A DNA stretch of 64,000 nt. Source: Cycas panzhihuaensis. Taxonomy: Eukaryota; Plantae; Cycadophyta. Positions 14,101-28,467 of this stretch are shown here, piece by piece. Positions within the stretch are counted from its first letter, which is position 1; each line of letters starts with the position of its first letter. Below the pieces are notes generated by a model. The model worked only from the letters and a program-made list of their open reading frames with translations. It did no database searches and was not told the origin of the DNA. The DNA lies in assembly GCA_023213395.1 (NCBI GenBank), contig CM041465.1, positions 175,901,741 through 175,965,740 of the forward strand, in the 5' to 3' direction. The position numbers and the translations under genes are program-made.

Positions 14101-15525
14101 AAAAACTACTACAATTTCCTAATTTTCAATATGAACTTTCTATGCTTGTATCATGCTTAATAGTTGCATGCCATATTGATTGCCAATCATAGTCATAATG
14201 TGGGGGGGCATAATATAAGCTTGTTAATTCTTTGCCAGGTTGTTACTAGTATAATATTGATTGTGACCCTGCGATCTACCATGATATTATTTAACATATT
14301 TCCTGATAAAGTCATTAAGATGGTTATATCTTGATCCACTCTAAGAGATCATATACAATGTTCTACTTAAGAATCAAGTACTATTGAGTTGTTAGGGATG
14401 TGGATGCAATCCTTTAGAATTTCTTAAACAATCTTTTTCTATTTTAGCTTTAGTTGTCGAATATAATCTTTGAGCACTTAAAATAAAAATAAATCATATT
14501 CAAGCAGTTTCAAGATTTTTACAGTTATCTTACTTTACTGGAATTGATCAAGAATCATAGTAATGACTTTATTACTATGAGTTACCATAATTGGTGGTTG
14601 CATTAATAGGTTCCTAATTTGTGTACATGTTAAAACCACATTATATTCCTACTTCTACATCACTTGTATCAAGTTTCAAGCTTGGTACAAATGTTTATTC
14701 TTATTTAAAGGTTATAAGTATTCTAGTTTCTTAGCTCTTCTCATGTATACTACGTATATCAATAACTTTTAGGTTATGTCCTCTTTTATATTTTTAGATA
14801 CTACACTTATGAGATTAATATTTTTATTATGTTATTTAGGATAATGGTCATCATTGTAATCACCAAGTTTGTACTATTGACATAATATTGAGGTGTTATT
14901 TTCCAAATTAGGACAATCTCTGCTAAAGTATCCCTATAATTTACACTAAAAGCAATGAACCATTAGTCATCCTTGAGTATCTCTTTGTATTGGTCAGCTC
15001 AACCCATGTCCCTTTCCAAGAAAGAGTCTGTTGGTTTCTTAGCATGTAAAGAACACCTCTCACTCTTGTCTTTTATGTGCATGGATGTTGAAACTACATT
15101 CTTATGTATAATGATTATTCATTTTATAAATATGGAAATACTTGAAGCCTTGATTTTTTAGGCATTCTAACTCCACATGGACTTTATTGATATACCATAT
15201 TTATCAAGTTCCTTTGGTTGGTTTTGTGTAAAATCTTTAATCATATATATCAAGTCTTTTCTCAAGGTCTCAATAGAAGATTCATCTTTGGTTTCAATTT
15301 CCATTGTTTTATCTTGGTGCCATACCTTTACTTTCTCTTCGATCTCAAGACTCGTTATGTGGTCCACTATATCTTGGTATGATGAAAGGGGGACCACTCA
15401 ATGTTTTCTTTGATATCTTATAAGTAACCCTTTTAGGAACCACTTTTTCCTCAATCCATTAGTTATTTCACATTATATTTTCTTGATTAAACTTTTCAAT
15501 TTTATATTATAACTTCTTATTATTT

Positions 15526-15663
15526 CCTTAGTTTCTTGTTTGAGATTATATATCTAATCCATCACCTCAATCCTTAGTTTCTTATTTGAGATTATATATC
15601 TAGTCCACTACCTCAATCCTTAGTTTCTTGTTTGAGATTATATATCTATTCCACCACCTCAAT
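15526..15663. repeat. 45-bp tandem repeat, ~3 copies, inside gypsy #1 gag region
   Basis: CCTTAGTTTCTTGTTTGAGATTATATATCTA(A/G/T)TCCA..ACCTCAAT repeated three times. Confidence 0.85.
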
Positions 15664-16865
15664 ACTGTCTCATAGTAGTCTAAACTCTTTTTCAAAAGCT
15701 TCCCATAAATATAGTCCATTTATTAAAATGTCCTTCATTGAATTCTTTAAACCAATTATTTGCAACATCCTATAACATTGTTAGAAATGCATATAGCTAA
15801 TGATCTTTATCTATGTTATCACTTGCTATCCATATTATTTTGCACACATTATAATGTCTGGTCAGATCTTCCTCCACTTTCCCATGAAATGTCAGTAGTT
15901 TCTATTTTGTCCCCCTTTTGGATGATATCACCATTATGGATGATGTCCCCATTATGGATGTTGGTAATTATAATGGTTTAGCCATAGATCTTGCATACTT
16001 TAATTGTTAAGACTTTCATTGTCTAAAATCATTTGTATGATTCTTTTTCCTTCATTCATAGTACTTTCCAAACAAGGCCCTCTTTTGTCTAGGGCTAGTG
16101 TATTCTTATTCTTACACACCAACCAATGACTACTCTTATTCTCATATACTTAGATGTATAAATGCTTCCTCAATTTCTTTTAAGTTTAGATTAGATCCAT
16201 GTTGTTGCTTCTAAGCTTGCCACACTTGTCATCCACATTTTATTATTGACTAATAGATTTATGTTAATATTCTTAACTCTTATTGCTTTAGTGCATGTAT
16301 TCAAGCAGAACTCCTTACTTACAATTGTTGGTTAGTCTTGCTTATAGCCTCATACTTAAACACATGCATTGGTTGTTTAGAATTGGGTATTAAAACATAA
16401 ATACTCCACAATATTAGCAAGCATGATTGGTTCTTAGATGATGATATCATTTAAGTATTTTTCAATGATGCCTTTTCATAATAAGAAAGGTTTCAACTCA
16501 ATAATGATCCTAATATCTTCTTCCAAAAATTGGATGAGTGTTAACTCCCCTAATATTGTTTAATTTCTATAATGATAGTAAATCATCATCTGCATCTAAC
16601 TTATTCTTAATACCTTAGTCTATCCATCTTGTCTCATTCCTAGGTTGGCAATGGTACCAGGTGTTAGTTATCACCTATGGGTTTACACTAGGAAGATAGT
16701 AGATGGTACAACACAATCAATTGCATCATCACAAGAATGTCATATGAATATAACTTAACTCAAGAATATAATTACAAAATATATATAAGATGTGATCATC
16801 CTATATAAGTCTAGTACCATTCACGAAGATTAAGGTGCAATATTGCATGCCTTCTGTCTATTCTC

Positions 16866-17146
<281 letters not shown>

Positions 17147-17633
17147 ATACATTCTTATAATCATCATCTATCACTTAGTAACTACTTCTAACTTTTTAAC
17201 CTAACTAATTTCCCTTTGTTAACACAACACATAACATTTACCCATTAATAACAAAATGGGTCCCAATATCCTTCATCATTAGGCTTTCTTATTATTGTCA
17301 TCTTTCTTATCGATTATCATACAATGTATCTTACATGATTATAATACTGAAGCTGACTCCCTAGTATCCCATGTTTTGGATAAATATCTTGGGTAACTCT
17401 TCTTCTAGGCTAGGGGCACCACTCAGAAATGAGTATAAACTACTATGTAGATTTCATAAAGAAAAACAATAAAAAATTTTACACTTTTTCATTATTAACC
17501 ATAAGATAGAGCATGTATATTAAGCCAATCAAGTATACATTCGAAAATAGTGAAAGATAAAGGGAGGAATAAGGTTAGAGTTAATAGTTTTATTTATATA
17601 TATATAATTATTAAAAATAGAAAATGATAGTGT

Positions 17634-17700
17634 TGTATATGTGTGTGTGTGTGTATATATATACATATACACACATACATACACATATATATATACATAC

Positions 17701-17759
<59 letters not shown>

Positions 17760-17937
17760 CATCTATATATAGATGTATGTCTACATATATATATATATAT
17801 ATATATACACATACATCTATATATATATGTATGTATATATATATATATACATACATACATACATATATATATGTATATATATACATACATACATATATAT
17901 GTATATACATATATATATACATACATACATATATACA

Positions 17938-18009
<72 letters not shown>

Positions 18010-18052
18010 CATATATATACATATATATACATACATACATATATATATATAC

Positions 18053-18109
<57 letters not shown>

Positions 18110-18172
18110 CATATATATATATCTATATCTATATATATATGTATATATATACATACATATATATATATGTAT

Positions 18173-18204
<32 letters not shown>

Positions 18205-18268
18205 GTATATATATATATATATGTATGTATATATATACATATATAAGTATATATATACATATATATAC

Positions 18269-18299
<31 letters not shown>

Positions 18300-18366
18300 T
18301 ATATATATGTATACATATATATACATATATATACATATATGTATGTACATATATATATATATATAT

Positions 18367-18405
<39 letters not shown>

Positions 18406-18417
18406 CATATATATATG

Positions 18418-18471
<54 letters not shown>

Positions 18472-18493
18472 CATATATATATGTATATATATA

Positions 18494-18525
<32 letters not shown>

Positions 18526-18634
18526 CATATATACATATATACATATATATCTATATATGTATATGTGTATACACACACACACACACACATACAGATACAC
18601 ACACATATATATACGTATGTATATATATATATAT
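17634..18634. repeat. ~1-kb compound (TA)n/(CA)n/(TG)n/(TACA)n microsatellite
   Basis: Directly visible; almost pure alternating purine-pyrimidine sequence. Confidence 0.98.
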
Positions 18635-20877
18635 GTCATTTATGTAGATTAATTATGTGACCTTAGGATATATTGTTAGCATTAGTCTCTTAATGAGATG
18701 TACTTTATGTGCATTTAGATATAATTTTAGGTTATGTCATTAGGCAAAAAAATTCTAAGTCTAATACTTACCCTTAATAATAAAAGGTAAAATCTCAAGG
18801 AGGGAGTCATTATTCATTTTTACCTCCAAACTTGCTCTCATATCTTGTTTCATCTTCTTTTTCATTCTCCATTATTATTGTGTACATGTTAGTAATTTAT
18901 CTCTTAGATCCATCCTTCCTTCATATAGTATCAGAGCTAGAAAGGGATCTATTCACTCCATTCCACTTGCATTGAGTCATTTTGCCTCTCTTTCACCTTT
19001 AATGTAAAGTATTGAGAGTGCATTCATCATTTTTTTAACATTTTGAGAGCTCAAAATTATAATAATTTGTATGTTACTACTTTATATATGTGTGCAAAAA
19101 TTTAGAGGTGAAGAATACAGGTTTTTGAAGTTGTTCAGCTGCCAGAACAGTCCCAGAAGCATTAAAGGCCTAAATTTTCATAAAAATTTTGACCATCTCA
19201 AATTTTGATGAAATTTGGCATACAAGGCTGCCTTGACTAGATGATCATTTTTGTCTTCTAGAGAAACTTCAGATTTAGCCTACCACAGTAAGTTTTGGCT
19301 ATGACAAAAGGGTAGAATTTCTGGATAAGTGATTTAAACTAATTTTCCCAATGAAATCCTTTAATTATAAGATGAAACTCTAAAGTTTTTATTAAGGGAT
19401 CTAATAGATTTATGTCTTAGGATCAGTTTAAGATAAATCTCATCAAATTTTATCCACTGGTTAGTAAAATCTATGTAGTTTTCTCACGGTTGCTGATTTT
19501 GCCTACTCAACCCCATAAAGGATATTACAAGGGCATTTTGGGTAATTTTTTGGCATATTTTGTAGATGGTGTAGAAGGAAAAGTTAATGTACATGTCAAA
19601 ATATAACTTTTAACATATTGAAGTTTAGATTCCAAGACAGTTGATCTAGTAGGATTTTGCTTTTATGCTTTTTCAGGTAGAAAATTTATTATGCCTTTTT
19701 AGAAATCTAACTTCACAACTTTATTGGAAATAATATTCTAAGCACTTTTTTCTTCTGTCATAAATTTATATTCCATCATTTAGGCCTTCATATTTATAAT
19801 TTTTAAAAAATTATGCCCATTTATCATTATTTGTAAATTTTGTAAAAAAATCACAAAATATGACAAAATAGCATGCATATGGATTTACAAAAATTAGCAT
19901 TTTAGTGGCAAGTTGATCCACTTTTTAGACTATTATGGATTTTATATCAAAACTCCCAAAATTATATATTGGAAATATTGTACTAAAGTAAGGGAAACCT
20001 TAGATTGGAAGTAATATCTGGTTCCCCTACTAGCTCTAGCATGCTTTTTCTATTTGCACACATAGAATAAAGCATCACAAAATCATCAACAACAACAAGG
20101 TAAGAATGAAAAATAAACAAGCTCATTTGGTAACTTTTCATTTCAATTTTCAATTATACAGAAACATCTTACACTATTCCTAAAGGAATCTCATCCATAT
20201 AATCTATACTACCAGTTCTTGACTTGTGCGCACACTTGCATTGGTTGAAATAAACCAAGGTTAGCTGAAGTCCAGGCTTTAAGGGAGGTGTGAGGTTCAT
20301 ACTGGGTCTAGTTTTAACCAGAATAGTGGTGGAGGGATAGGTTAGCTATACCTACGGCCTCCAATCAAGGATAATCTTGATAACCACCTGGGAAAACTAA
20401 AAACCTTAATGCAAGATTAAAATTAACCCAATCCAATATCCATCATAGCCATGGGATATACACTACCATTTGACTCTTCGAAGTAGGTATATAGTTGCTC
20501 ATTGGTAAACTGGGTGAGGACTGGGAGTACCCAGGCTCTATTGTGACTTGGATTTCATTACCGAGCGCAGGTGAGAGTATCACAGGTGAAGGCCCTAATT
20601 ATATACTAGAAGCCTTAGGCATCAAAACCTCACCTACATTTGGATATAAGTGAGAGGTTAGTGGCATGACACATCACCACTCTTTACGAGCTCTATACTA
20701 GGCCTTATTCTTACATCATTGCTTATATTCATTTTTTTATAATTATTAAAAAATACTTAATCATTGCTTGCTTCTCATCATAACAATCATTTCTATATCC
20801 TTATTGCGCTAGGTGTATTAGCCATACATGTGAGTGGTACATACTTCTATCATCTATTCTACTTCTTCATCATCACC

Positions 20878-23800
20878 ATGTCATATCAATTTAAGAAGAA
20901 TGTTAACTGTATATTCAAAGGCAAAGAAAATAGGGATCTATGGTACACTGGAATTAAAAATACTACAAAGTATGAAGGCCTTTGGAGAGCCCACTTACAG
21001 CCTACACCTAGCATACCAACAATAGCTACAACAACTACTTCTGGTGGATCCACCCCAATAACTCCTATAGATGTTGCAGCTAAACTACAATGGGAGATAG
21101 ATGATGAAAATATTCGTGCGAGAATTTTGTTGGTCATTGATCACTCCTTGCACAACTTGATAAACGAAGAGCAATATGATACAGCCTTGAAGGTCCCAGA
21201 AGTTCTCAAAAAGAACTTTAATACAAAGTTAGATTTAGAATTTGATCATCTTATTTTGAAAATGAACAAATTAAAAATGTAGAAAAGACAAGCTCATGAG
21301 ATAATAAATCTCCTTCGACCAATCAAACAGGCAATTAACAAAGACTTTAAGACCTAATGTATCACTTAGGTATTTTTGATCCAATCATGTTTACATGTCC
21401 CCGATTATAAAAACTTACTTGGAAGTCTTAAATCTAATGGAATATTGAAGATACTCAACTTCGAAGCACTTGTCGAGAAGTTCATAGAATTTGACAAGAC
21501 CTTTGATACAAATTTTGTAGCCTTTGACTCTCTTCCAAATGCAGTATTTAAGGTTGAAAAAGAAGTTTGCTACATAAAAAATCAAGGTCCCTCTCGTAAA
21601 AGAGGAAATAACTGAGCAAGAGGAAGAGGAAGAAATATGGAAAATCATCTACAAGGTCAATCAAACCCTCAATCACAAGATCGACAGTTTCAAGGCCAAG
21701 GGCCATGTCAACAAATAGCAAGGCAGTCAAGCCAAACTAGTACCTCTTCAGGGACTAGTAATCAAACTATTATATATGATTAGTGTAACTGTAAAGGATA
21801 CTTAGCAAAAGATTATAGAACTTTCACTTATAAGTTGGCTAAGTTCCAACCAAAACATAGAGCTCACAATGTTGAAGAAACATATGAAGAATCCTTTAGT
21901 GGTGTAGGTTTTGTACAAGCACACATTCAAAGAATTGAGGAATCTTCAGCATCAAATGCCATTGACCAACCAAAGAGATACTTTGAAGCTCGGTGTGGAT
22001 ATATCACTAGTGAATTCCCTTCACCAATGCCAAGCCCTATTAGAATTGCCAATAGTGTGACTTCAATCGATGGACAATGGATCATGGATATAAGAGTAAT
22101 TCAACATATGACGTGCAATCACAGTCTATATTAAACATTTGACTCAAATATTCAAGGAGTTGTTCACATGGCTAATAAATCATAATAACTTGTTGAAGGA
22201 ATTGGAAACATTCGTCTGAAACTCCTACGCCTAGAAGATTTTACATTACTTGATGTCTTATACATACCCAATCTCAAATAAAACCTATTATCCTTATCCA
22301 CACTTATTTCTTGTGGATTTATTCTAAGTATAACTGCAAATGACTAGACTCTTTAGGTCATTCACCCTCCAACTAATGAGGTAGTTTTGACTGGACATCT
22401 CTTTGGCAAACTTTTTTGACTAAATAGCTCTCCATCTTCTGAAGCCCATTGTGTCTAAAGCCCTTGTGCTAATGAAGAATTTACATTTAACTCCATCTTG
22501 ACCCATCCAACGTTGTCACTAGAAGCTCTTTGGCATGCTCATATGGGCCATGTTCATATTTATAGACTTAGAGATCTTTCTAACACTCTTCCAAATCTTC
22601 CAAAGTTCTCCTCTAAGCCTTTTAAATATGAAGCTTATATCATTGCCAAATCTCATTGACAACCCTTTCCTAAAATTCAGTGGAAATTAAGTCATCCATT
22701 ACAATTAGTACACTCTAATTTATGTGGGCTAATACCCATTCCTTCACTGAAGGGCAAGCTATATTACATCTCTTTTATTGATGATTTCATTAGAAAAGTA
22801 TGGATAGCTTTTCTATATAAGAAAGATGAAGCATTCTGTATATTCAAGGAATTCAAAACCCTCACTGAAAAAGAGTTAGATTATCAACTCAAATGTCTTC
22901 GTACTGATAATGGTGGTGAATATAGCTCACATGAGTTTCAAAGCTACCTTTGAGATAATGACATCAAGCATCAAACAATAATAGTAGGTACCCTATAGTA
23001 AAATGGAGTTGCCAAGCACATGAACAGGATAATCATAAACATGGCTCATGCTACGTTAATATACAAAAATGTACCTACCTACCTATGGGCCAAAGTAATC
23101 TGGACAACTATTTATTGTATTAATGTTGTTCACCCATCAAAGGAAGTATAATCACCTAATAAAAAGTGGTTAAGATAAGCCCCCATTATTCACTACTTAA
23201 AAATTTTTGGCTCTACATGCTATGCCTACATTCTAGATGGAGATTGAAATAAACTTCAACCAATGGTACTTAAAGGCATCTTTGTTGGATACCCTATGGA
23301 TAAGAAAGGGTATAAGGTCTTCGTACTTTTATAATGAAAAATCATCATTACCAAAGATGTCATTTTTCTAGAGATAGAGGATCAGCTACTTAAATTAGAC
23401 TCCAAAGTACCCTCAAGTCGCTATAATAATATTATTAAGTATAATGTTCAGATTCTAAAATTTGGAGGGGGAAGGGGGGGGGGACAAACATAAATTACTC
23501 CAAATGTTAGAAGCTAACAATAGAGCTTTGGAGGATACAAGTTGTGACTTTAAACTGATGGGTGCATATCCAACACCATCTTTTAAAGATAATAGAGTTG
23601 ATAAAGGTAAAGCCATTATAGAAGAACCATCCTCTCCACCTTTAGTTGATAAAGGCAAAACAGTGGTAGAAGAACCATCTTCCTTAGGCACATCAACATC
23701 CTCCTTACAAAATAATCATTTTAATAAACATGATGAGAACCAAGAAGTTGGGGAAATGAGGACATCATTCCTAACTCGAGAATCTTTAGAAGCCTGCCAA

Positions 23801-25462
23801 CTCAATAAGGACATACGACCAGATGAGGTGGGTAAAACTAGCACTCGAAGTACCCATAGAGTAAGGATGCAGGAATCATTATATACTAAGCTTGAACCAA
23901 TATAAATACATCTTACTCTTAATGAAGAGTCCTTAACATACCAAGAAGTTGTAAAGCATATAACTTGGAGAAATGCTATGAATGAAGAGTACTAATCTCT
24001 TATCAAGAATAGTACATGGGAGCTCGTTGATCTATCACTTGGCATAAAGGTAGTTCAAAATAAATGAGTGTTCAAAAATAAATATAGATCAAATGGCACC
24101 CTTAAAAAACACAAGGCAAGGTTGGTAGCTAAAGGATTTACATAAAGAGAAGGCATTGACTACAATGAAGTATTTACACTTACAACCAAGTGGCCTACAA
24201 TTAGAACTCTTATGGCCTTGGCTACTCAACAGGGTTAGAAAATCCACCAACTTAATATTAAGATCATGTTTCTCAATGGAGATCTTGAAGAAGAAATTTA
24301 TATGGCTTAGCCAAAAGGATATGAGATTGAAGGTCAAGAGCATAAGGTTTGCAGGCTCAGAAAATCCTTATATGGCCTTAAACAATCCTCTCGCACTTGG
24401 TTTTCCAAGTTGTTTGAAAGAATGAGGTAACTTGGATACAAGGTTTGTAACTATTAAGATATTGATGCAACATTATTCATCAAGTGCCATAAGAATAAAG
24501 TCACTTATCTCATAATCTTTGTGGATGATATGTTAGTAATGGATAATAGTGAACATGTAATAAGCCAGTTGAAAAAGAACCTTGGCAAAACATTTGAATT
24601 ATCTAACCTTGGTTTGATGAAATATTACTTAGGAATTGAAGTAACACAAAATAATAGAAAAATTTCCTCTCCCAAGAAAAATACATCAATGATCTTCTAA
24701 CCAAGTTTCAGTTAGAAGATGCTCAACCAGTAATGTTACCTATGGACCCTAATACCAAACTCTCAGTTGAAGGTGATACTAGGGAGGTAAATGCAACACT
24801 CTACAGGAAACTTGTAGGTAGTCTCATCTACACTACCAATACAAGGCTAGATATTGCACACTCTATCGGCATTCTTAGTCGTTACATGATAAATCCTAAG
24901 TATAATCATTGGCAAGCAATAGTATGAGTGTTGAGATACCTTAAGATGACCAACAAATATGGTCTATTATATGAACCTAATTCAAACTTCAAGCTTTGTG
25001 CATACATAGACTTAGACTTTATAGGAGATAAAAATACAGGAAGATCTATGTCTGGGTATGTAACATTTCTTGGAATAACACTAATATCATGGAGATCCAA
25101 ATGGTAGAAAATAGTTGCAGATTCAACTATTGAAGCTGAATACATTATTGCTTCTGAGACCAGTAAAGAGGTGATATGACTAAGAAAATTATTGGAAACA
25201 TTGAATATCATCCAAACAAGTCCTATGAGTCTTCATGTAGATAATCAATCTGCATGGAAAAAAATCTTGTATTTCATGATCGTACCAAACACATAAGTAT
25301 AAAAGTCTACAGGATTAGAGAACTCATTCATGATGGCACAATTCAACTGGAATACTACCCTACAACAGATCAAGTGGCCAATATCTTCACCAACCACTAC
25401 AAAAGGTGAAGTTTGAATAATTTCGAAGGCAACTCGGCCTTAGGGCCTCCATCTTTGACTAA
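20878..25462 (+). pseudogene. Copia #2 gag-pol, disrupted
   Basis: Fragments 20878-21282 (gag), 21835-22134 (PR), 24733-24927 (RT end: YRKLVGSLIY); many TAA/TAG/TGA substitutions; stop at 25460-25462. Confidence 0.9.
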
Positions 25463-25907
25463 TCAAAGAAGATGGAAACAGGATCATTATACTCTCTTCT
25501 CTTTGTGAAAACCCCTTGTGGGCATGGAAGAATAAGAGTAAGTCTCTACTCTATCCTCTTTGTGAAAACCCCATGTAAGCACGGAAGGATAAGGGTTCTA
25601 CTAGTTTTAGAAAATCAGAACTTGTGAAAACCCAAAAAGGGCCTAGGGGATAACTAAATAGTATATGGAGACAACAGATTAAGCTGCACATTTAAGCTGC
25701 TTGGTTATCAGTCTATATCAAAGACCCACCTTATCCATTTTGATTTATAAAATGGGCTATAGATCTTAAAAAGTTCATGGGTTTTTATTCCCCATGAGGG
25801 TTTTCCCACAAAAGTGTCATTTAGAATTTCAATGTAATAATGAGGCTTAAATGAAGACCTCATAAAATAGATTTTCTCAAAATGACCTTCCACCATTAAG
25901 GGGGGAT

Positions 25908-26219
25908 TGAAAGAGGTTAATGTATCAAGGTCATTTGTGTAGATTAATTATGTGACCTTAGGATATATTATTAGCATTAGTCTCCTAATGAAATATACTT
26001 TATGTACATTTAGATGTAATTTCAGGTTCATATCATTAGGTAGGAAAATTCTAACCCTAATGTTCACCCTTAATAATAAAAGACAAAATCTCAAGGAGAG
26101 AGTCATTATTCATTCTCACCTCCAAGATTTCTCTCATCTCTTATTTCATCTTCTTTTTCATTCTCCATTGCCATTGTATGCATGTGAGTGATTTATCTTC
26201 TAGATCCATCCTTCTTTCA
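25908..26219 (+). repeat. 3' LTR of copia #2
   Basis: Aligns with 18635-18923 at roughly 90% by eye; TG..CA termini. Confidence 0.92.
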
Positions 26220-27527
26220 AGCACATTATAATCGATATATAAAATTATTGTCACATAGGTTCCTTAGGTATATACAAATTGTTATATATCCAAATACCCA
26301 TATAGCTCTTACCCCTCTCCTAAGTATTTCCCTATGTATACATGCTCAATCATGTCAAGAATGATGGGAGTTGCTCCATCCTCCTCCTTGAAGGTGGCTA
26401 TAATAATGACTATGAGATGGCTCTCTCCTATGTGGCCCATATTTGCCTTATAAAACTATGGTGCTACCTGAAGGAATCATGCATTCACCTACTTATAAAA
26501 TATTCATCCTTCAAGGATGGCATCACTCATCCTCAACTGACCATAGCTCATTCTCATGTAATCTCAATTGTATAATCATATCTTGATACATATCATTTGC
26601 TCATATACCTAGAGAAAAGTACTCAATATGATGACCAAAAAGAGCCTGATCATTGGCATGACATGCTGGAGGATCCTATGGAGTAAATGCATAAGGATGT
26701 AAGATGTCTATAATCCTCCTCATATTAGCATGTGACACCATCTCATCACCTGCCACATGAAGACCCCATAATAAGTTAATATAATCTATAACTCTAGTAT
26801 AGAAATATATAAAAATAAAAAATAAAATTACTACATTATAATAAACTAGTATATATACCTACTAGTTATGTTATCACTCCCTTAGTTGGTTATTAGGGAT
26901 CCTCTTTCCCTCCTCCACCACTGCCACCTACTATAGCTCGTTGGTCCTCATCAAAGCCTATGTCTATACTCTGCGTAAGAGAACCACAACGCCTTGTTGC
27001 TCCTACTATCACTGGAGTAATCTCTCTCATGCCTCCTCTCCCTTTATCTCTACCTCTTTCCTCACTACTAGTTACACTTCCTACTCCTTGATCACCCTAT
27101 CATTAAGCACCATCACCTACTCCTCTACCTTTACCTCTAGGTATAATAGGAGGCCTCCCTAAAACTACCCTATCAACATTATTAGCCTTATCATCACTTT
27201 GTACATACATCCTATCATAAGGATTAGGAACCAATTGATTCTTAGTCATCCTACTTAATAATGGGCTAAGTACTCCTAGCCATAACCATTAGTCTATTGT
27301 TGACTCATGATCATCTGTACCACCTATTCATTCTAGGATCCATGATGTTGAGCTCTTTAAGTATCCCTATTGGCCTCATCAATTATATATGGTTATATAG
27401 CTAGCACATCAAGATCAAAATATATAAAAAGCCACCACATCCCTATTGCTTGATGTAAGTCAATTACAGGCTCATGCTATTTAGGATGAAACATCCCTAA
27501 TTCATCTTAGTGCCCACCTCACACTAT

Positions 27528-27918
27528 TTTATGATCCCAATTTACTAAATTAGAACCCTTATAATTTTTTATGATTTAGTAATATAGAATATGATAATAT
27601 ATACCAACACTTTTGTAAGTGTTGGGATACAATCTTCCATGCTCATCATCTCTAATAAAACTCCATGGGGATCAAACCAATTGATGAATCTTATTAGGTA
27701 TTGGTTACATGCCTCTTAAGACTCCTTATTAATCACCTTGCTTAATCAAATCTCCCTCACATGTTAGCTCACTACAAGTATCCAATTATAGACCTTTTCT
27801 ATAATGGGAGCATTTTTGAGATTTTAGATATAATAGAGAGCATAAGTAAGGTTTTAATAGTCAATTGCCCTATAATATATTTAATAAGAATAAGTGATTG
27901 TCTATAATACATTGGAGG

Positions 27919-27988
<70 letters not shown>

Positions 27989-28390
27989 TATGATCCCAAT
28001 TCACTAAATTAGAACCCTTATGAATTTTTATGATTTAGTAATATAAAATACTATAATATATACTAATACTTTTGTAAGTGTTGGGATACAGTCTACCATG
28101 TACATCACCTCTAATAAAACTCCATGGGGATCAAAATGATTGATGAATCTTATTAGGTATTGGTTACATGTCTCTTGAGACTCCTTATTAATCACCCTAC
28201 TTAATCAAATCTCCCTCCCATGCTAGCTCACTACAAGTATCCAATTATAGACCTTTTCTGTAATAGGAGCACTTTTGAGATTTTAGAGATAATAGAGAGC
28301 ATAAGCAAGCTTGAAAGCAAGGTTCTAATAGTTAATTGACTGATAATATATTTAATAAGAATAAGTGATTGTCTATAATACATTAGAGAG
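27528..28390. repeat. Older ~460-bp tandem duplication (flank + TSD + start of BRCT-element LTR), units separated by (TA)n(GA)n; repeated at ~31829-32690
   Basis: TTATGATCCCAATT..ACTAAATTAGAACCC at ~27529 and ~27988; the two units are visibly more diverged than the 4.3-kb copies. Confidence 0.9.
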
Positions 28391-28417
28391 TGTATATATA
28401 TATATATATATATATAT

Positions 28418-28467
<50 letters not shown>

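Larger units (their letters stand above)
18635..26219 (+). mobile_element. Decayed Ty1/copia LTR retrotransposon #2, same family group as #1, 5' LTR truncated
   Basis: 5' LTR 18635-18923 (first ~22 bp missing) followed by PBS TAGTATCAGAGC (from TGGTATCAGAGC, tRNA-iMet). 3' LTR 25908-26219 (TGAAAG...CTTTCA) preceded by PPT AAGGGGGGA. Internal gag (ATG 20878), WIMD protease, integrase (LRTDNGGEY ~22900), RT (YGLKQ, FVDD ~24520), RNase H. Confidence 0.94.

Noticed and set aside
26941-27162. 73-aa S/T-rich ORF, repeated at 31242-31463
   Set aside because: Recurs only because of the tandem duplication; low-complexity antisense of a purine-rich decayed TE frame, with no ATG start.
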